DNA of 54,311 nt, the filler included, from Circinaria calcarea (taxonomy: Eukaryota), in the NCBI GenBank assembly GCA_051942165.1. It is 4 parts of 4 records of this genome, joined end to end, with 100 filler letters (N's around TTAATTAATTAA, not from the genome) between each part and the next. Parts side by side here need not be neighbours in the genome. Positions count along the whole stretch, not along the records: positions 40,813 to 54,311 come from JAVECS010000494.1; 3 more parts are not named here. The stretch is one strand, 5' to 3'. A program made the translations under genes and the position numbers. The notes below the pieces were generated by a model that did not search any database, was not told where the DNA came from, and worked only from the letters and a program-made list of their open reading frames with translations. Of this stretch, positions 46,220-54,311 are shown piece by piece (position 1 is the stretch's first letter; each line of letters begins with the position of its first letter).

Positions 46220-46774
46220 CGAGCTCAATGTATTCAATTGGAAAGTCTGATGACGGATAAGCCTTGTAGGGCTTATCGTCAAACAGAATTATTTCGGTGA
46301 AAAGATATTTGAACGCTTCGTGCTTAGGACTAGATGTTCGTGAAGAATCTATAAACAGTTGCTACTGAGGGTATCTACAATTATTAAACACTCCTTTCTC
46401 CACAAGTAGCTGTAGCTGGACGCCTTGCCAATTGATAAGTAACCGTCCCATCCAGTCCAAACCAGCCGGCCATAGTATTATAGGCTTCATATTCGATGCG
46501 ATGGGATTATAGTGCTTCGCGCGACTAGCACACGTAAGATGACCAATGTCGCAATCGGATATTAGAACAGCATCCGATACTGCCCATGCGACTTGGGTAT
46601 CTTCCACGGTGGATGCCCATAGGAGTTTTGGTGCGGCATCCATGTACTCTTGAAATCCTGAAGAACGGTCATTGCATTTCTTCGCAAGTATAATCACGGC
46701 CGGTCACCGCCCTGTCTCGCCTTCAATCTCCCTTAAGGTCATAACAAACGACCACCGGGTACTTTCATTTACAA

Positions 46775-47986
46775 TCATGAATGTGGGGCAGCATGATTCT
46801 GTCCAGCTGCAGCATTACGCACAGGACTGAAATATGGATGCCCCATCGCCTCCTTTGCTGTTAGTCTCTCCTGTCCGCGCATCAGCCTGCGTAACTGGAA
46901 TTTGAGTGTAAGGACTATAACTTACTTGGTGATCATAACGTAGTAGTTTGTCAAGAAAGTCGATTGCATCGTTGCTGACAAACCTCTGGTTCTCTGCATT
47001 TACGAAGGCGTGCCAGCTCTTTTTCGGGAATCTCCCGAGTATGTCATCGTACTGGGCATCGAGCTCAATGTCATATTTATCTAGGTATTCAAATAGATCG
47101 TCAGTACCGAGGACCTTTGCGATCTTGACGAGTTGATCTGAATTGCTATTGCCATGGAAGAAGGGTTCTTTGCGGAATATCATCGAGGCAAACATTGCCC
47201 CTAGAGACCACATGTCCAGGGAATAGTCGTATTCTTGGAAATCCACTAGTAGTTCCGGCCCCTTGAAATATCTTGACGCCACCCGAACATTGTACTCCGT
47301 GCCTTGGTGGTAGAACTCAGCCAAGCCCCAGTCTATCAATCTTAGCTGTATGATGTTAGTTGCTGTTAGCCTACCAAAGACGTGCACCGCTGACCTTCCG
47401 TTTCTCGTGATCGATCATAACGTTATGTGGCTTTACATCCCGATGCATAATGCCTTTGCTGTGGCAAAAGTCTAGCGCCTACTTGGAGTCAGCAACCTTG
47501 TCCAGACCTGAGCAGCCTATGCGTACTACCTTCAGCAGCTCAAGTATGTAGTACCGCACATCATAATCCACAAATTTTGGGTACAAACTCCGGAAATCCG
47601 TGTTGTTGACATACTCAAATATCAATGAAGGCGTTTTGCTTTGACTATCTCTTACAACATCCAGAAGCGCAATTACATTTGGCCCGCCGGACAGGTTCTG
47701 TAGGATCTTGATCTCTCGCTTTATCTTCTTTTTCTTGACCGGCTTGAGAACCTTGATGACACACTTTTGGTAGTTGACTATGTTGATACCTTCGAAGACT
47801 TCCGAGTATTTGCCTCGACCTAGCAGCATAGATTAGTATCGACATTCGCACCGGATTGGAAGGCATCCTACCGATCTTGCGAACCACCTCATAGTTCTCC
47901 AAGACCCCCCAGGTAATATTGACGCTATCATAGTCCCAGTAGGATCTGGGCATTTGCTGGTTGACATCGGCATACACCCGCGCCAT
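46775..47986 (-). CDS. CKA1: Casein kinase II catalytic (alpha) subunit; multi-exon
   Basis: [80 protein letters not shown]; stop at 46775-77. Confidence 0.97.
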
Positions 47987-48336
47987 GGTGCTGATAGCCT
48001 CGAGAGGCACAGACGAGTGATTTCAGAAGTCCCCCACCTGCACTATTTAGTAAAGCCCTGGTGTTAACGTTGCCATCCGGTGGCTTAGAAGTTTTGGTCA
48101 GACTGGTTTTTAAGTAAGGAAGATTGTTGGTGACTTGCTAATTCGCAACACTCTGTACGCAAGTCAAGTGTGATCGATCATGGCTCAGCCATAATCCGCC
48201 GCTCGGTTATGGTACCCGGCTGGCCAGCGCTCGGACCATGAAGCTTGGACCCTTGAGCTGTCTTGATCGATTTCCGGAATGCGAGGAAGAAGACGTTAGA
48301 ATATCGGTGGGAGTGGAGTGGATGAGGTGGGAGAGG

Positions 48337-49437
48337 ATGTATTACGACCTCAATGTTCCTTGGAGTGCTGATCAGCTTGAGATACAAAGAATATTGGCCT
48401 TCCTAGCAGAACGTGAGTCTGGAACGATCGACCGCAAGAACCAAGCTAAAATATCCCAGTAGACTACAATGTCGTCGCCCTGAATCATACCATATCCGGC
48501 AAGCTTCCAACTGACGTTGTGCGTATCATCAGAAGTAGATGAGCTTTTCCCAAGTTAAACTCTACAGTCCTGTCCGATTCCCAATCCTCTCCCATTCACC
48601 CCTCCCGCCGGTCTCCGCCTCCTCCGCCGCTGCACCCTCGTCCTCACCGATCCCTCGCAAAATCACCGGCTCAGCACCCTTGCCTCGAATTACGACCTCC
48701 TCGCACTCCGCCCTACCACCGAGAAGGCCCTTTTACAAGCCTGTCAATCCATCGAAGGTGATCTCATCTCCCTGGACCTCAGCACGCGCTTTCCCTTTCA
48801 CTTCAAACAGAAAACTCTCTCCATAGCGATCCAGCGAGGTATCAAGTTCGAGATTTGCTATGGAAGCGGGGTCTTGGTTAGTGATGGCGGGATGGCGCGG
48901 AGGAATCTCATTAGTAACGCAACTCAACTGATACGGGCTACGAGGGGGCGAGGTATCGTGATTAGTAGCGAGGCAAAGAAAGCATTGGCCTGCAGAGGCC
49001 CAGAAGATGTGGTAAATCTGGCAGCCATATGGGGATTAGGTCAAGAAAGAGGCAGGGAAGCCGTTGGGAGAGAAGCAAAGGCGGTGGCGGTACAAGCCGA
49101 GATGAGGAGGAGGAGCTTCAAAGGAGTGATAGATGTTGTGTATGGTGGGGAGAGGCCGCAGAGGGGTGCAGAGGTGGTAGGTAAGGCAGGAAACGCTGTT
49201 GCAGAAGGCAAAGGAAAGGGAAAGAGGAAGGCAGAGGTATTGGAAGGGGTGGTTAGTGAAGTTGTGGATGAAGTTAAGCCGATTTCCAAACGGGAACAAA
49301 AGAGAAGAGCCAAGAAAGCAAGAATCGAAGGTGACAAGAACGAAGGTGTCGGTGCTGAAAAGGCCGCAATTGTTTCAAAGCCAAACAAGCTACCTGATCG
49401 AATTAATTCCACGATCATCCCAAATGAAGCTGGTTGA
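48337..49437 (+). CDS. RPP1: RNase P/MRP subunit p30; 3 exons
   Basis: MYYDLNVPW..LAE|YNVVALNHTISGKLP|..LLRRCTL..YDLLALRP..DLISLD..RGIKFEICY..RRNLISNA..RATRGRGIVISSEA..CRGPEDVVNL..WGL. Confidence 0.92.
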
Positions 49438-50525
49438 AGCTGCTCTTGTTATGCAAGGGTTACTAGCTATAGGGTTTACACACGACCGTCTCCGAATCGA
49501 GCCATCCTCTAAGCCACTGTCTCGGTAAACGGCCAACTTGGAAGACTCCATTCCACTGATTTGTACCGAAAATCCACGGTAGGTACTATGAGATAAAAAT
49601 CAACAAATTCCCTACTTGCGCTCCTCAAGGGAAAACTGTGGTGGCGAGTAGAGCAACGTTTGAAGACTTGTACATCTATGCCGACAGTGAGCTGCTGGTC
49701 ATGGTTTCTCTTAGGTCAAATGAACTCGGGTGAAAAGCCTTGAGCCTGGTGCCAGCGAGGCTAGATTGGGCCCTCCGACGGAGGTTACCATTGTTGTGGC
49801 CGCGAGAGAGAATCCGGACGTACGCGTCATTACAGACAGTGGACCTGTGGGCCGAAGATGATACTAAGTAGTTGAAGTCAACTAAAGATACTGTGAAAAT
49901 ATCTATTCTGCAGTTTACTTAACCTATATCGAAGAGCAAGCAGTAGGCCGGGCCATAGGCCAGAAATGAGCGATCTTTGAGAGCCATTGAGATAACAGTC
50001 AACCCGAGATGACCCAAGCCTGAGCGTTGCATGAATCCAGTTATCCCTGCCGGAGTACAAATTGATATTGCCAGGTAGATATCGCACCTAGGCCAATACC
50101 TTGTACACTCAAACCGAAACACCGACCCCATGGACAGACACATCTGCGAATCGCTAGGCCGAAGGCATTTGAAGTAACTGGTGGGATGATAGTCACTACA
50201 TTTGTGAAACGTACAATGTTAGGGGACTGCCTTTGTTATCCCTACGAAGATGCAAAGCCTGGCGGACGCTCAATGATGCCCAACATCTATCTGCCCTACT
50301 GCGTACAAGAATGAGATCGGAGCAGCGGGTCTAGCGAATTCCGGAGCCAACAGATTAGGTTATTTTAGCGCATGTCCCGTACGGCAGATCAGCTTTAGTC
50401 CTTAGATCTCGGCTCCAAATCGTCATGGTACAGCCGAGAATGCAGTCAGCAAAAATCCTATATGAAGCCACTTTGCCCTTCCATTCATACTACCTCTGTG
50501 TTCATAGTTGAAACGCAATACCAGG

Positions 50526-51674
50526 ATGACGGAAGTCCATGCTTTAGATGACTATTATCTTGCGATCACGCTATTAATTACAATTGGATACCAACTATTC
50601 TTCTTTTCGATAGCTTTCTCTCTCAAGTTTGATAAATTGACAGGTATGGCCTTTGTGCACCCCCTATCGAGTCTTCCCATGTTTACAAAGCGCATAGACT
50701 TTGCTGGCGGAACCAACTTTGTGGTTTTAGCTATCATCACCCTAGCGTTCAGCGGCCACGACAATGCTCGTCAGATAGTCGTTTCGATTTTTATCATGTT
50801 ATGGGGCGCTCGACTCTCTGGCTTCCTACTTTTTCGGATCATCAAGACCGGGAAGGATGATAGATTCGACGATAAGAGGGACAAGTTCTTTTCCTTTTTG
50901 GGTTTCTGGATCTTCCAAATGATATGGGTCTGGACTGTTTCATTGCCGGTAACAGTCCTCAACTCGCCAAATGTTACTAGGTTTCCTCAGCCTGCGTTTG
51001 GAACGGGAAGGGACATTGCTGGCGTCATCCTCTTCGCAATCGGTTTCATACTCGAATCTGTTTCCGACATTCAGAAGTATATCTTCAGGAGCAAGCCAGA
51101 GAACAAAGGCAGAGTCTGTGATGTAGGTTTCTTTACCTGGACCAGACACCCCAACTACTTTGGAGAAATCATCATTCAGTTCTGTAAGCGCCCTTCTTGT
51201 CCATTTTTTTGATGTTTGCTGACCCCACCAGCAATCTACATGATCGCTGTATCACCAGCGGCATATGGCTATGTTACTGGGCAGGCCAATAGAGCACTTT
51301 ACGCCACCATCCTGGGGCCTTTCTTTTTGACACTTCTTCTCATGTTTGTTTCCGGTTTGACTCTACAAGAAAGACCTGGAGCCAAGAAAAGATACGAAAG
51401 TGGCAATCATTGGGATTCGTACTTGAACTATACCAAGCGAACCAGTATCTTAATCCCATTCCCGCCGCAGTTATACGTCCATGTTCCTACTATCCTGAGG
51501 CGGACAATCTTCTTAGAGTTCCCCATTTATGTGTTTGATCCCGCTAAGCATGCGGACCAAAGTAAGGTTGAGGAACGGGAAGCTGAGGAAGGTGAACGGC
51601 GACGCACCAGCGGACGTGTACAGGATGGGCAGAGCGAAGATGGTTTGGTCCATGATCAGCACCCAGAGAGCTGA
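50526..51674 (+). CDS. DUF1295 family membrane protein (steroid 5-alpha-reductase-like); 2 introns
   Basis: FDKLT|DFAGGTNF, WGARLSGFLLFRI..GKDDRFD, FWIFQMIWVWTVSLP, WTRHPNYFGEI, LLMFVSGL..QE. Confidence 0.88.
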
Positions 51675-52952
51675 GATGATATCCTGTCAAGTGGGCTGGT
51701 CTAGATATATACCTAGCATAGTGTTTGGCGTCCTTATAGATACCCTATGGCATCCATTTAGACTTAATCCTACTATTAATTTGAGACATAATCCATCGAA
51801 TCAATCGCAGTCAAAAATAAACGGCTGTGATTAAAATCTCGCTCTGTCTTACTTCAATCTGTCCACGGGAGACACTGGGGCTGCTCTTGCTTCTCTTCAT
51901 CATTTTTGTTGTGAGATGTCCGAAGAGCTCGGTTTCATGATGCCTGAGGGGCTAAGTGCCAAACAGCCTAAGACCATCGGTCCGCCACGATCCGATTCTC
52001 GCTCACCCTCGTTCTATCCCACGGTTTCCCGCTAAGCTATTGCCGTCGGAATTATATTGAGGCTCTGCGTTCAATGGGGCAGTTTGAGTTGCCTCTTTAT
52101 CCATCAACAACCAGAGCCTTCACACAATTTGAGGTCTCTACAGCTCACAGAGCCGCCCAATATCTCGACTGATGTGAGTTGCTAGATTCTTAATTCCTGT
52201 ATCATCATTGCCTTGGTCTGATGTAATGCTTGGCGGAAGCCCTATGCGTTGAACTTTGCGACTCGATTTCTGTTTCTGTTTCTATTTCGCCTAAGGCCAT
52301 AATTAGGTATCATGAAGACGAGCAATGGACTGAGTCGACGCTGCTGCTGCGGGCGAGACATGCATATGAACATGACGTACCGGTGAGAGGAGCAGTGGTC
52401 TTACGACCAGCTCGCATGCGACACGGGTAGTGGAAATAACATGCCAGTCACGACTGGTTTTCACAATGCCACCACCCGACTACACAGCTAAGGCTGGCCT
52501 ACCAGGAGTGGCAGACGGCTCTGCTTTCATTCTTCTTCAGCGCAGGGATAAGCGTTTGCCTACCTCGACCACACTCTTACCGTCTCACAACTTAGTTTGC
52601 GTCAGATCTGGAGGCCATTCCGCAAAGCACAAGTATCTCGTGGGGGCATTTCAAGGTTACTGTCATGACAGTCATGCGTGATATCTCATTTTACTCTCGT
52701 TGGACTGCTTTTTGTTCTATTCCATTACTATTGATTTTGCTTCCCGGGAAATAAAGCTTACTGGCTCTGACATAGGTCTCCGCGAGTCATGAATTCTTAG
52801 CTAGTTATGCTTTACGATCTACGATCAAGAGATTTGTGCCGGTGATAGCGAACGTCGATAAAGGTTTGCGATCCTGCCATTAACCTTAGGAGCAAACACC
52901 GCACGTCATTGCCGTATCGCCCTGGGCCTCTTCCGGAAGCTACACATCAGCC

Positions 52953-53920
52953 ATGATGGACGCTAAAACAATTCACGAAAAGTCGAAGGCTTTGACAAAG
53001 GCTTCATCAAATGGTGAATCACCCACTACCATCATCAGTCTTTTAAACGAGTTGAAGAACGGGGTGGTCCCCAGCGAAGATCTCCTACGCTCTACAAAAG
53101 TCGGTGTGGTAGTGAACAAATCAAAGCAACACAAGAACCCAGAAGTCGCCCGATTAGCCAGCGAAATCGTAAGGAAGTGGCGCGACGACATTTCCAAGCA
53201 AAAAGGCAGTGCCCCTAACGGCAAAAAGATGAACGGCATCGGCACTCCCCCAAACTCCACTGCCTCTCCCGGCCCCAACAATGAAAAATCAAAGGCCTCA
53301 TCCACGCCCTCCATCCCTCCGGAGCAGCGTACTCATGAAAAGGACAACATCAGCACCGCCAAAACCGGCCAAGCCACCCGGGATAGCTGCATCGGTCTTA
53401 TTTACAATGGTCTCGTCCACCTCTCTACCACACCGGCTCCGACCGTTCTCTCCGTCGCTGTTGCGGTCGAGGCCGCTGCTTATGCCGCCCATGGCCCCGA
53501 AGACAAAGAAACTTACAAATCCAAAATGCGCTCCCTCTACCAAAACCTCAAAAATAAATCTAACCCCTCTCTCCGTGTTCGGGTGCTCGAAGGCAAAATC
53601 ACGCCCGAGCGCTTCGTAGTCATGTCGCACGAGGAGTTGAAGAGTGCGGAGAGGAGGGAGGAGGACAAGAAGATTGCAGAGGAGAACATGAAGGCTGCGC
53701 AGGCACCGATGGTGGAGAAGAGCATCAGCACCAGTTTGACGTGCAGCAAGTGCGGACAGAAGAAAGTGAGCTACAGTCAGGCGCAGACGAGGAGTGCAGA
53801 TGAGCCGATGACGACGTTTTGCGAATGTACGGTTTGTGGGAACCGGTGGAAGGTAGGGTTTACTTTTACCGTGCTATGTTATGGCAATGGGGTTGCTAAC
53901 CGAAAATGCAGTTTTCATAA
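52953..53920 (+). CDS. DST1: Transcription elongation factor TFIIS; last coding exon is TTT TCA TAA after an intron at about 53852-53911
   Basis: LLRSTKVGVVVNK domain I, YKSKMRSLYQNLK..NPSLR, and Zn ribbon CSKC..YSQAQTRSADEPMTTFCECTVCGNRWK. Confidence 0.96.
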
Positions 53921-54311
53921 GCGGTATGCTTCGTTCACATTTGAGCACGTCTTGCTAGAAGCACACGTTACTGCGTCATCCTTTTTCATCCCGACAACCA
54001 CAGTTGGAGGGGGGGGGGGGAGCCTTTGGATTTTCTCGAAAGCATGTAACTTGCAATAGCTGACCAGTGACAACCACAGTCTTAGAGAACGTATCATATG
54101 GCGTTCTTGAATGATCCCCCCTTTTTCGAGTACAATCCTTTCAATCCCCTATCAACAGTTGGAAATTTTTCGCAGCAAACGGTGTACAAGCAGGTTCCAG
54201 AAAACCCGCTTTCCCCAACAACGCATTCACAAAACCCACGTGCTTTTTCATCCAATGCCCTTTAACATCTCAAAGCCCCTACAGCCTCATCCCATCCATC
54301 CCATCCCATCC

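Overview
Filamentous-ascomycete (Pezizomycotina-type) DNA made of four contigs joined by artificial 100-nt spacers (N44-TTAATTAATTAA-N44 at 13507, 27111 and 40713), so adjacency across the spacers is unproven. Segment 1 (1-13506) is core genome: an F-box-like gene, RPN2, CET1, a second F-box-like gene and a truncated COX10. Segment 2 (13607-27110) is an accessory region with RIP-like damage: a SesB-like hydrolase pseudogene, two TA-flanked MITEs, a nuclease-fold-like gene with an internal duplication, SAM and SNF2 gene relics, and two convergent fragments of DUF3435 (Starship captain-type) tyrosine recombinase genes. Segment 3 (27211-40712) is an AT-rich transposon relic followed by a head-to-tail tandem of two diverged Ty3/gypsy chromoviruses sharing a central 173-bp LTR. 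Both carry a tRNA-independent self-priming signature, a conserved -1 frameshift cassette and twin leader hairpins. Segment 4 (40813-54311) is core genome: VAS1 (with an ATG-less presequence-like 5' extension), CK2 alpha, RPP1, a DUF1295 gene and TFIIS. All family calls come from motif recognition by eye, not database searches.
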